A stretch of 64,000 bases of DNA from assembly GCA_964035545.1 (NCBI GenBank), contig OZ037766.1, positions 30,928,773 through 30,992,772 of the forward strand, given 5' to 3'. Shown here in pieces: positions 40,359-53,800 of this stretch; position 1 is the stretch's first letter, and every line of letters begins with the position of its first letter. Below the pieces are notes generated by a model. The model saw only the letters and a program-made list of their open reading frames with translations, was not told the origin of the DNA and ran no database searches. The stretch is from Bugula neritina. Taxonomy: Eukaryota; Animalia; Bryozoa. The translations under genes were made by a program, and so were the position numbers.

Positions 40359-43300
40359 ATGGCTAAAGTCACAGCCAGTCATTCCAACTACACAATAGTT
40401 AACCTGCACATCACCAAAGTTGATCTCCTGATTGCTCGGAAGGATGAAATCAGTATTCGGTTCGACGTGCAGATGGATTTAGAAAAGCCAGAAGGGAGTG
40501 ATGAGTCAGGCTGTTGGGTTAATATCGCAGGATCCCCTAAGAAGGTGGAAACTGCAAAGGTATGCTCATATTATATTTACACTCTACAGTTAACTTGGCA
40601 TTGGCTAGTTTTAATAAGCCACATTTTCAGTTGCATTGACTGAGGTTTGTTTCGATTCATTTGCCACGTTGTCAATTGTATTATTTCTGTTGGAGTTATC
40701 TCTCTTGCTTTAGAATGCGGAGTTTTAAAATGCTCAATTCTGCTTAACTTATGAGAGCCAAACTTGTTATTCTGTAGCTGGCGGTTGACGCGGATGATTA
40801 TGCTATCGTGGTTATTTTTACTTGGCTTTGCTGTTTTTTTATTTCAATCAACTAAACTTGGGAAATTTCAAATTGTCTTTTGTTTTATTAAGAGAGTTAA
40901 GTAAAATAATTGCATTTTTGTTCTGCCCATCTTAGTCTTTTTAGATAATTGAAATATTTTACTTTTAAATGTAGCAAAGTTTATTGTTGTCATAAGACTG
41001 TGTGAAAATTTGTGTTTGATGTGGAAGGGTTGGTGTATTTGGGTATATTTTTCATTTGTTTTGTTGTAGTCGTATATCTGTAACCTGTGTGATCCACCCG
41101 ATACGGGCACTACTGCGTACCCCGGCGACCTTCATGGCTATCTCTCGGACAAAACTGTTGTCTTTGACCTTGAGGATAAGTATAGTGTCATTGTGGAGTT
41201 TGTAGATGCAGACGAAGTGGATCAGCCCGGAAAGGCTACTGTAAAAGGTAAGATAATTCCTTTAACTCACTCATATTTTTTGAATTTTTTTTTTAGATTT
41301 TATTTTAATTCCAGTCACTGATCGTATTGAGTCATTGGTTTGAGTTCAGTTATTATCAAAAGTGATTTTACCTGTACCTGTATCAGTTTTACCTGCACCT
41401 GTATTAGTTTGTCACATAGCTATTCGTTTCACCAGCATCTGTTTTAGTTTTACTTGCTTATACATATTTGGGTTAGTTTTGTTTTCCATCTGCTACCACA
41501 AGTAACTTCATGCACAAGAATGATGCCTTCCACTTTTGACAGTGTGTACCACATTGATTTTCTCTACTGATTCTGTTACACTGTGTATCTTGTGTCATTC
41601 ACACAACCACACGTTGTTAAAATACTAACCTACTTTAAGTGATGTTATCAATGCATAATAAAATTAGCTATTCACAATACAGTGTTTGTGTAAAGTGTAA
41701 AGCTATTAGCTAATGTTTAATTTGTGCATCTGTGTCACTATTGCATCATTACCTTATCCGGTCTGGTAATTTCAGTGTTTTCCCACATGAATGATGTCAT
41801 GTTTCCATCTCTATTACAATGCTTCTTGGAAAAACCCAGCTGTGTTGGAATTTCCAAAATTATTGCTTTGCAGTCCAATGTTGTATTAGATCATCCTTTT
41901 TTTGGTTTCATTTATCCACTCTAAATATGAAATTTATTCCATTTTATCTTCATTTCGGTAACCAGTGGAGCCCCTAATTATCAGACCAACATAGTATATA
42001 ACTATTCTATCATCTTGTTCACTTGTTATCCAGGAAAAGAGCTAAATGTAGCCCTAGCTCTTTCAGCTATTGAGGACATGATAGCTCAGTATATAGAGAA
42101 GAATCAAATCACCCTCCAAGAGAGCTCCAGTTGCAGTCACTTGTCTAGACAACATTCATACTCAGATCAAACCAGCAGCAAACTGAATGAAAGCTTAATG
42201 GGCCTGTCTAACCAGGTAGGTGGAGCTATAGCAGATTGTGCCTGCTTCCTCCTCCTTGGCCCCATCTCCTTGTGTAGTAGTAAAGTAAAATTTGTGCTTT
42301 TTTTAAGTTCTTCATTTATACAAACTGTTATGAAAAGTTTTAAGCATACAATATATTTAATTAAATGGAATGTTCCTAAGTTTAGTAGCTGTACTAATCA
42401 TCTTAGCTGAATATAGTTGAGTCGGTGTTTTGACTTGATTGGTTAAGGGATGCATATGCCCCACCGGGGTTAGTGTCATCAGCTAACACACTCTCAGATA
42501 ATATCTCCTTTCACTTCCTGTCTAGATCCAGTTAGACAAGAAGGCTGCGGCATCATGTCCAGATGTGATGAAGAAGCTTATGCTGTCATGGGTTGCTGCC
42601 CCGGCTGACGTAAGTTCAACACCACTCAATATTCCGGCATTTCTCTGATCGCATTGTGCAATAATTGGTACATTTACTGCTCTTTCTTCAGGATTCTTCT
42701 AGTCTTTCAGAATTGTTACATTATGTTGCTATTATATTAACACTGCTGTCTTGTTGTATAATTTGTTGTTTGAAGTTGTCGTTTCACTATGTAATAATAA
42801 GTTACCTGAATATATCATCATCCGTAACACTATTTCATGTTTGGTTGTATTAAGTTTTATTAGGTACATCTAGTGATCTATAGAATAGTACTAAAGCATC
42901 TTCTATTCTGAGAATTGCGTGTTGTCTGACATTGCTATACCTGAAGCTGTAACTCTGTGTCGTGTAGGGAAATGAAGAGACCGTGGATGTAGATATTGCT
43001 GACGATACGATGACCGGGCCAGACGGTGATGCAGGTACGTCTGTTTGTTGTCTAGTTTGTTCACTGCTCTGTCACAGAATAAAAACTGAAGATTATTTGG
43101 GCAACACTCGGTTTTCCAGATTTGTTTTCATCTTGTGCTGTTCATCCCAAGGTTATAGTGTGATGTATGCTAGGATACAGTCATAGCCAATCAGTAATTT
43201 GTAGCATTATTTTGACAATACTCTGTTATAGAATAAATATCTGCTACACACACACACATACACATTGATTTTACTCTTAGGTAGAGATTTAGACTGTTGA

Positions 43301-46300
43301 ATGTTTCGGTGCAGCTTTCCTTTCCTCTTACAGATAAGACAGCTGTACATTCAGCACCGAAATCTCCCATCACATCCACCCCCATAGTTCCTCCCAACAC
43401 ATCTAGGGTCAAGGTCGAGAGGCTGAGCTACGTGCCCGTACCGAGAGACGTGAAGTCACTGGAGGACAGTCCCGGTCTCCGCCTCTCCAACAGACAGGCT
43501 GCTGCCGGGAGAACCGCTGCCGATGTTACTGACTCACCAGCTTACCTTGCTAGTCGGCCAGGGCCTAGCGGTATTCAGAGGAAGACTAAAGGTCAGTCAG
43601 CAGGTGGTATGGTATGAGGCAGCATATATTTTATCTGCTAGCAGTTGTCTTATACTTGAATCATTGTGACTGTTTTACTGTTTCTCCCTGGTATTTCTGT
43701 GGTATTGCTATGAATTAATTTGGTTTAAATCTGTTACCATAGATATAGATTATAGTGTATAGACCGAAGTAGAAGTTATCAACGCTGTTGGTATTAAATA
43801 AGTCATTTCCTGTTTTGCTAACAGATTGACTTTATTTAGGCTCCCCTCTCCTCGTTGATCTCTGCAAAACTGAGCTCTCTAGTAGTGACGATGAAACGAC
43901 AATCCTAGTAGTTCCACCCAATAAAATAGCGACTTCAACCAATCACGCGGCGGCCTCACCCACTAAACCTGCGCACAATGTAAGTCAGCTGCTGTCTAAT
44001 AGTGTAGCTACATGCTGCCTGTGAGACTATGTGTGGCATATGAGTGTAGTACTACTTAGTATATGTGTGCAACCTGTATTATAATGTAGTCGGTGTTGTT
44101 TGGCTAGATGAAATTTGTCACCAGCATTTCTTAGTTCAGAGAAAATTTGCAAAATTATTTTCTCTGGCCAGGGCAGTACTTTATAAACTGTATGTAATTC
44201 TACATAAAGTCATAAACTGAGAAATAAACTCTACAGTTTAAGTGCACAAAGTGAGTTGACTATCTCTACCCAATGCCCTAGTAGACTGTCTTCTTTACTC
44301 TGCGGTGAAGCTGTGAATATCGGAGGTGGCGTAGTAATACCACAGCTCAAGTCTTGTAGCTGTGTAAATGGCCTACGCCTTACAAATATTATGCTGTCAG
44401 TATGTCTGTCTGTTCTGTATCAGCCGGCAGCCAGAGAGAGTAGGTATGAAGGAAGTCCAACCACTCAGACTGAGAGGGATATCTCTACCATCTCCCTCGA
44501 CGATGACGTATCCGCTGCTTCCGAGTACCAAGTCATCGATGAGGTAAATAACCCTCTTCTTGTTCTCTTAACTATCCATTCACTCTCCAACCCCTCATGT
44601 TTGCTAAACAGATGAAAATAACATCTAGTCTTACCGCAAGTTATTGTTGCAAATCAAAGTTGTGTAAGCCAGGAACTCTGTTATATATTGTGATAATGGA
44701 ATGATATACTCATAGTAACTATGTTTGCATAAGGATTTACTATATGCTCATATTTTCTGTCCTTCTCCTATCATTCAAGACTGGATACGACAGCGACATG
44801 ATCAGACTGGCTGAGATTGGTGCATCACGCGGCTATACTCAAGTAGAAGTTGCTCAGGTGAGTTGTCTTCTCTCTATACTCACAGTTTCTGGCAGTCTGT
44901 CTGTTTGTCTGCTCTTCTATTTCTCTCACTACCATTATAGCTCAGAACTGTCCTGCATATTTATCTTGTTTTTAGTTTTCTCTGTTCACCTGCACAGTTG
45001 ACTGTTTATATTTATTATTTCCCTGGTTTAATAAAGGCTCTTAGCCTGTGTGAATCAGAAGAGTTGAGTGAACAGAAGTTTTTCTCGCATCTCACGCAAG
45101 TTCGACGGGAGTCCCAAGCTCCATCCTCTCCTAGAACACCACAGGGACAGCGGCCTAAGAAAGGACGCAATGCTGCTGTGAGTGTGTAGTGTCTGCATTT
45201 CAAAGCAACCTTAAACGTTTGCGTATTTCAGTTTTGTCTCATTTTTGTGCTGAGAGTTAGAATTATCATCTCTCTACTTTAGCTGTTAATCAGTTTGATC
45301 ATCTCACTTTGATACTCTCTGTTGCTAATCTAGTGAATTTTATTAATCAATATGCATGTTCAAGTGTTTTAACTTGCTACTGGGGAAATTGTTTTCAGAA
45401 TATTTACTAGAAGGGATTTGAGTGGGTTCCAAAATGTTTAGAATTAAAATAACTAATATCTGCAAAGCTTCTAATAGAAAGTTGGCATTTGAGGATCTAA
45501 ATCTAGCAGATTTGTAATTGGGGAGAGGCTGGAAATCTGTGTAATACAGGAGGTGTAGTTAAGATGGTGTGTAGGGGGTTTGCAAGGGTTCCAAATCCAT
45601 ATAATGCAGTCGAGGGGGTTTCGTTTCAAATTCTTAGTTGGAGAGTATAAATAAGAGGCAGCAAAGTATGTCTCCCGGGGTGAGGGAAGTGATGCCGATA
45701 GAGAAGAGAGTGAGGACTGCTGCCCCACCACCTTCAGCCAGAATGCCAGGTTAGTTTCTCTTCCTACAGCTTCGTATATTCTGAATCAACATTTTAAATC
45801 AAAGACTGGTAACTTTTTCACTGTTGAGGAATTCATCCCCTAAATCAATGTACTAAATAATACTTGTAGTTGAAAGTAAAATAATTTTTTCAATATGATA
45901 TGAAAGCAGTGCATGTTGTGTTTGAAGTGGTGTCTGTAATATTTTTATATCTGCCCTTCAATACATAGTTGTCATGAAAAAAATGTTTCCCTGTTGATCG
46001 TCTGCAAGTAATTCAGTGTTTCAGCCTTTTTTTATTTAAGCAACAGAATATGAAATTATTGGTTTGCTCTGCTATTCACAAATAATAATTACGTAATATT
46101 TTACAGTGTGTGATGGTTATATCATAATTTATATGTAAAAAAAGATCAACTTTCTAGCAGTGGTTGATTTTTCACTTAGCAACAGCTTATTAAATCTCTA
46201 TCATTTCAATTTGGAGTTTCATGTGACTAAACTCTTCTGCTTAACAATTCCACTAGTTTACAGCTGACGAATTCAGTTGAGCTGGGAAGTTTATATAGCG

Positions 46301-48992
46301 TTCTCTGAGTGGTATTCTTATGTTACTGCAACATTTTATATTTAATGTAGTTAATAATCTTGCACCAATGGCGGTGGGTCCTTCGTTCTCTGCTGCTTCA
46401 CATCAACCAATCAGTGCTCCTCCACTCCCATCCACTCATTTCCACCAACCTCCACCTCTCATGGCTTCGGCCCTACCAGCCAGCAACCATAGGAAGACCA
46501 GGATGGTTGTTCTAGACGGTTCTAATATTGCCTACCAGTGAGTATTGGTAGCCTGTCTGTGTTATACAGCTCTCCGGATGGCATTGCCATGTATCTAAAC
46601 TTTTGCTCGTATTTTCAGTCACGGGGCGAAGTACTACGGTGCCCGAGAGAAAGTGTTTTCGTCTTATGGAATCCTATTGGCTGTGAAGTATCTGCAGCAG
46701 ACCTACGGGGCTACCAACGAGAACACTAAAGTCATTGTTCCAAACTACCGCAGAACGTAAGAGATCTGTGCATTGATTTCTTCTTATTGGTTGTCCCGGT
46801 GTAAAAACTTATCTTTACTTTAATATACTCTGTTGTTAGTGATCGGGCTACTAGAGATTCCCATCTGTTAGATCAGCTGCAGGCTTCAGGGTATCTGGTA
46901 TTCTCTCCCTGCAAGACAATGCCAGGAGGTAGAAGGATTATGCCTTACGATGACAGGTATGTGTTGGTGTATGACAAGTATGTGGCAGGTATTTATTGGT
47001 GTGTGGCATACATGTGTAGGTATGTGTTGGTGTATGGCAGTGTCTGACAGGTGTGTGTTGGGTATTTGTTGGTGTGTGGCAGTGTCTGACAGGTGTTTGT
47101 TGGTGTGTGGCAGGCATGTACAAATATGTAGCAGGGAGGAAATGCAAGAGACTTTGAACTTGTATTCTATAAAAGTGCTGTACTGATTGGTTACTTAAGA
47201 TGATGCTGCATTTACATCTGGTGGCAGGTTTATCCTTGACCTGGCTGTAGCCACAGATGGAGTTGTCATCTCCAACGACAAGTATGAGGACCTGAGAACA
47301 GAGCAGAACTGCAAGTACCGGGATGTTATTGATAACAGAGTCATTATGTTCATGTTTGCTGAAGACATCTTCATGATACCCACAGACCCTATGGGTAGAA
47401 ACGGGCCCACTCTAGAGAACCTTCTGCGACCTTCTCGGTATGGCTCAAGGTCAAATGTGCGGTCTTGGTTTTACTGACTATTGTGATTTCGTTACTGGTG
47501 ACTAATGCATTTGATGACTCATTGCGAGTAATTTTGACGTCTGATTAGTCATACTATGCTGTGCTTTCAATGGATGAGAGTTTGAATTTGGGATTAACGG
47601 GGCTCAGCTAGTCAATATCAGACATTTAGAGCTCAATGGCTCTGTTCTAGACATACTTGTGTATCTCATCTGTGATGAAAGAGCATTTCTTAACCTTTAA
47701 TTAAAAAACTGGTCTAGTTTAGTTTCCATATCTGCAGAGTTCATTAGACAGAGTAATACTCAGTCACGTGTTTCACCTGCTTTTTAGATAAGATATTTTG
47801 TATTCTGTTTCAGCTGGCACTCCCAGGGGATGAATAATAGACCAGCTCCAGTGTCTAGACCCATGTTTTATCGAGTGAGTTATTCTCTCTTGTTCTAGCA
47901 TGTCCAATCTATTAGCTATTCTATCAAAGCTAATCACTGCTGATTTCAATTGCCTTAAACACTTTTATTGTTCATCTGAATTTGTTAGCCAGTTGCAGTT
48001 TGTATTGCTATTTAATTGTTAGATCACCTTTGTATAAATACTCAAGCATATCAATAGTAACACACATTGTTTAAACATAATATATGCTTTCAGTTCAACT
48101 GCACAGCAAAATAAATTACCAGGAATTTCCAGCGAGTTAAATAAAGCATTCTAATAACATCCAAAGGATTTGATTTATTTTCAATACCAACTGAAAACTT
48201 CTTTGACTGTGTATAATATTGCATAGAATGAATTGTATTATCATCTTGTATGCAGTGTTGAGCATTGAACTTATAGTTTCAGTTCAGTGGTGTTGAGGTA
48301 TATTACCAATAGGGAGTTATTTTGTCTAGTATAGAAAGAAAATAACTCTTAGCTTGTTGCTATTGTTGCTAATGTCTGTTACATTTATAAGGAAAATAGA
48401 AGTTTCACTGGATGTTGAATCCATAGGGACTTTGAATCTGTTTCCATAAAACTTTACTTGTTATTAACTGCACTCCAACAACATGCAATTGGTTTGTAAA
48501 AGCATAAGTTTAGAATTAAAATTTCTTTCAAATGTCACATTTATTTATATCATGTGATTTTATTGGCTGAGCATAGCTCCGCTGTTGCCTATTCACACGT
48601 GTTTCCTTGGGTATTCTTGTAGCAAATCATACCTGAACTTATTAAACTCTTGACCTAATTTATTTATTTCTTTTAAAGCCTTAGATCTTCAATGTTAGCA
48701 AATGATATACAATCAAGAGCTCTGTACGCAGGTGCCACAGGCTTCAACAATGCATCCAGCTGCTCAACAAGTTCCCCCATCTCATCACAATGTCCCGTTC
48801 TCCTCCAAACAAATACCGAGACCTTCTCCCTCCATGCCACCAGCTCCAAGGGAACGCAGCAGCAGCGAAACGCAGTACATCATGGGGCAGCTGTTGAGTG
48901 TATTTCCTGAGAGGAGAGAAGATATTGTTCGACTCATGTCCAGGCACCCACATGAGAAAAGTGTAGATGCGTTTGTTGATAGACTATTGTAA
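40359..48992 (+). CDS. N4BP1: N4BP1/KHNYN-like protein: di-KH, UBA/CUE-like, NYN (Regnase-type PIN) RNase, C-terminal CoCUN/CUBAN-like domain
   Basis: About 17 exons. 40359-40559 (WVNIAGSPKKVETAK) and 41070-41247 (SYICNLCDP...YPGDLH) are KH-like. Linker exons at 42034, 42526, 42968, 43334, 43841, 44424. ~44780-44857 (SRGYTQVEVAQ) is UBA-like. NYN exons: 46351-46537 (VVLDGSNIA), 46619-46756 (FSSYGILLAV), 46840-46956 (PYDDR), 47228-47437 (ISNDKYED...DPMGRNGPTLENLL). Last exon RSSSETQYIMGQLLSVFP...RHPH. Some linker exon boundaries are approximate; N4BP1 versus KHNYN orthology cannot be resolved by eye. Confidence 0.85.
46957..47120. repeat. GT-rich minisatellite starting at an intron donor
   Basis: Repeated caggtatgtgttggtgtgtggca-like units. 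Confidence 0.75.
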
Positions 48993-50276
48993 ATATTTGT
49001 TATTGTTTATAAACTAAAGCATGGTGACATACTTTATATTGGATAGTATTAGTGGTATGCAATGGCATCGATTTTATCAAAGTTTATTTTACCTTTATTT
49101 CCTCTTAAGTTACTAATTCTCATACTCAATCCTTCAGATTTACCTGAGTTTTTGACAAAACATGTTAATGCTGTTCTGCTGCTCCCAAATGCTTTAGCAA
49201 ACTTTTTCTGTGCCATTCTTTTATGTTGGTTGTATAATAATCTTGTATTTCTACTTTTGTGGCTGTATAGAAACTGTCTTGCTTCGTTCTTTGTCTTGTT
49301 TCTACTTTTTATCCCTGTGATAGAATTGGTATATTTTTATATTCTGGCAAATCATTCGCACATGTGTGTAGAAATACGCAATAGTGTTCTTTTTGTTTTT
49401 ATACAAATGTACTACCTGTCAAATATATCATCTATGTTCGCATTGCTGTCTCTACTCCTATTATATCCAGTGTATCAGCAAACAAAACCTTGACACAAGT
49501 TCTTTAAAATGATTTAAAAAGTTTGTATGAAAAAATTGCATTTCATCAATTTAGCAAATTCATCTGAATATAGTTTGTAGCCCATCTAATCTCATATCAG
49601 CTAATTTCTTTTCTCTCAGCTTGCAGATGTGACATCAAAAACAAATTGCCAGAAATGTTTAAATTAAAAGATCATGATTTGTAATCTTAAATAAAATACT
49701 TCAGAGAAACCGGTCACTATTTCTGCTTGGTTCAATGTAACAGACCAAGGTGTTGGTTGAGTTAAATTTTATTGTTCATAAGAAATTACGAGGAATAATC
49801 ATCGATCTAGTCATCTATGTGCCTTTGTAAGTAGCTACTTCTAAACGTAATAACAGAGGCAACTAGGAGTCGAATGAGAGAACAGGGTAGAATCAGGTAG
49901 TGCTGTGAGTTATTATAGTAAATAATAAGTAGGCAGGTTTAAAATAATACCCTCTTTTTTCTAGTTGTTATGAGCTCAAGTCAGCTGTCTAGTGTGATGT
50001 AATGCAGGGGTGTAGCTCCATGCTAAACTTAGCAAAAGGGGGTTCATTCATTGCTGCCATTGACTTTAAAAGTGTTAGTTTTGAAAACAAACATTTCTAT
50101 AAAAAAAATTGGAAAAGTTTTTGTCAGACTTTTTAATTAAGTCTAAATTGATATTTTTCCTTACTATGTATGCAGTGCCCTTTTGATGAATGCTGCTACA
50201 CTCCTTGTATCATCTATATGCTCTATAGTCTATAATACCTGCCCGTGATGCTCAGAGAGTCTGAGACTGTCTAGTC

Positions 50277-50744
50277 ATGTGGATGTTAACTGCTCTTTGC
50301 ATGCTGCTGACTTTAGAGGTTTCGTCAGCAGGTCAGTATAAGCTGAGTTCTTATTTGGTTTGCAAAACCAACAAATAGCATTACACTATAATTGTAATAC
50401 TATTCTGAACAATTCCATTATGCAAGCTGGATTCATGCAGAGTATTTTGTTTTCGATATTGAATAAATTTCTTACCTTTTGGTTTTACATGAATAGAAGT
50501 TAGATTTTTAATAAAGTATATTATGTTCTGCATTTGCTAATCAAAGTTATACAAATATACAATTTTTTTGTAATAATTTTGTGACGTTTGCAAGTTGCAA
50601 CAATCTGAGGTTGGGCTGAAACATAACATATTTATGCCTGAAATATAATTAAAAATACTGGCACAAATTTTACTAGTTTATATCCTGTACCAGTCTTTAG
50701 TGCAATATATATATAAATATATATATATAAATATATATATACAA

Positions 50745-50836
<92 letters not shown>

Positions 50837-53800
50837 TGCATATATATATACTGCATATATATATACTGCATATCATATATATTATTTACTATAATATACT
50901 TTACCCGCATTTATACAATAAAATATTATATATTACATGGTATATGTTATATCATGCATAGTATATCCTTTATAACACTATGTTAGAATTTATACAATAA
51001 TACTTAAAATTATATGCCACTCAACTTGCTTTTGAAACTATGAAATGTCTGCAAAGTTTAGAAACACATTTTGAATATGCAAACATAACTAACCGTTATT
51101 ACAACTGTCCCATATATATTCAGGTATTTCACAATGTGGAGCCCCGCCAACAGTATCCAATGCTACTGTAGAGGTTAATGAGACATCCTTACCCTACCCT
51201 GCTGCTAGGTATACATGTGATGCTGCCAATGGATACGTGCTGACAGGAAATGACACCATCTTCTGTGTTGATGTCTTGGATTACAGTATATGGAGCTCTG
51301 TTAACTTCAATTGTACAGGTTGATAAATGACGTACTCTGCTCACATGATGCAAATATTTTCAAAATACTGATTGTGTTTACTTTTTGGTCATATTGTAGT
51401 TATTATTACTAATAATAACATTCAGGTTTATATTACTCCAAGTTATTTGGTGACGAACTTTAGTAAAATTTAGAAGCTTGCATGACAATTATTTGTTTGC
51501 CATCAGTTCAATCTCCACTTTCTTATGAATCTACAATTTGTCTGGGGATGTAGTCATTAAAACAAAGCAGGTAGTTTGGGACAACCAGGTAAATTTATTT
51601 CAGAGTTTTAAGTGACTTTATAGAAACTAACAGAACATGAGTATTATGCATATGAAAATTTTCTGTGGCTATGATTATATTATTTTACACAACTGCGTAT
51701 TCTATGAAACCAATCATTCATTCATAAAGCAGAATAATATTAAATGATGAAAGACATAATATTTTATAAAATAATATTCTAGAAAACTGGGTTTTATAGA
51801 ATTGATATTCTAAAGAGCTAAAATTTTATTATAGAACTGATATTTTGTAGATATGATACTCTATCGCTATGATACTACTGTATATTGTAGAAATATTATG
51901 CAGAAGATATCCAACTCGAAACAATCTCACATCAACAGTAGACTTCATAGAGACTGTGAGTGAGAGTTATATTTACGAGAGTCGCTACAGCTATTGCTAT
52001 GACAGATATGGCAGCAGATACAGATGCCGTAGTACCAGATACAGGATGGTTACTCGAGCTAAGAAAATGTGAGAATAACTTAATATACCTTCACATATGT
52101 TACTATTATAATAACATCAATGATACATGTATAGGCATTATTATAGCGTCTTGTTCCACCCCACATGCAGCTCTATAATCGTACAGAACACAATCGTGGT
52201 ATTGGGAATCTCTTTGCATGTGAGATATCAAATTTGGCGCTTTAATATTATGCTTTAAGTCTCAAGAATTCATTGGTCGCAGTTGGAGTGATGGCAGTAT
52301 AAAATATGTGTACGTAATATTTTATCATAAGTTTGCAGAAAATTTCTTTAAATTTTAAGTGATTTTGACAAGTTTGGTTGGTATAAAGAACCAGGCAGTA
52401 GTTTCTTGTTATGGAGATGATATAGATGTTACATAATCACAAATGTTGTGATTCACTGCAGAGATTAAACAATCCATAATGAAATCATTGCTAATGCAGC
52501 TTGTAGGGCCAATAAGTTATTAGATTTCTATTTCATGTGAAATTTTCTAAGACCTTAAAGCCATACTTAGTTTATTTATATTTGTTTTAAGTCCCTCTCT
52601 CTTCCTGTATAGGGGGGAGGGGCAATTGAGGCCTAAAGACAAGTTCCATCAAATGCTTTTTCTAGCAGTTCTAATAACCCTGCTAAGAGTCAAACCCATA
52701 ACCTTGCACTTCACAGTATAGTGATGGCTAGGCTATGCTACTTTTCTATATGTCGCAATGTCTGACAACTTCGTGATAAATACATGTACAATTATACTTT
52801 AAAATGTTTATAATGCAATTGCTCTAAAATTTGCACATTGTACTCTGTCACTAATCTTTTTAACACTTTTTGAATACTTTTTTTCATATTGCATATAAAG
52901 ACCCTTAAACAATTTCAGTCAACAGAATGCATTTAACATTTCGTTATGTGTTAAAATCCTTTGTTTTAGACACTATGGACAGAATATAACCATTTCCTGT
53001 AGACCTGGCTATGAGCACCCTAATGGATCTACTACGGCTTCTGCTGAATGCAGTATTAATGGGACATGGATTCACCCTCCCACTGAGTGTCAACGTAAAC
53101 ACTTAGCTTATTAATGACACAATACATCAGTGTGTGTTGCCTGTTTATTAGTGAAACACATTTGGCCGCATTGTATATGTTTGGTTTCTTTTTTACTACC
53201 AATATCTTTTCTAAATGTTTTCTTTATACAAAAGCAATGCAAAAATTAACATTAAAATTTGGGCAAAAAAGTATTATATATATAAACATTTTGCTTTCTA
53301 TAATACTGCATTTATTTTTCTCCATGTTGCAAATTTCATCGTTTATAAATAATTATTAAAACTTTTACTGGAAATACTTGAAAATACAGTTATTTTATTT
53401 TTATCACTTGCTTTAGTATCATTTAAAGCATATAATAATATTTATAGCAAAGAACTGTGGTGCAGTGCAGAATATGACGGGTGTTACATGTGACGTCCCA
53501 TCTACACTGTACCCCAATCAGTCTACATGCAGATGCATTAAGGGCTACGAAAGAATCTATAGGGGAAGATATTACAGTGGCTCTTATTTATACACAGACA
53601 ATGTATTCACAATAAAGTGCATGACCTCGGGGCAATGGAGTGACCCCATTGACTATTCGCATCTCAAAACTTGCACTAGTAAGTATTCAGTATTCAGTTA
53701 ATATTAATAGAATTATTCTTTTAAATTTAAAAGAAGATATATACAATACTTATATGCAATATATTGATTCAAAAATCAAAATACATTTTTCAACTTTTTA

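Noticed and set aside
49062-49493. 143 aa hydrophobic ORF after the N4BP1-like stop
   Set aside because: T-rich 3' UTR-like sequence yields Leu/Phe-rich frames by chance; no recognisable motif.
50005-50207. Possible hAT MITE (caggggtgtagc ... gctacactccttg) just upstream of S1
   Set aside because: Termini match imperfectly and there is no target-site duplication; too weak to call.
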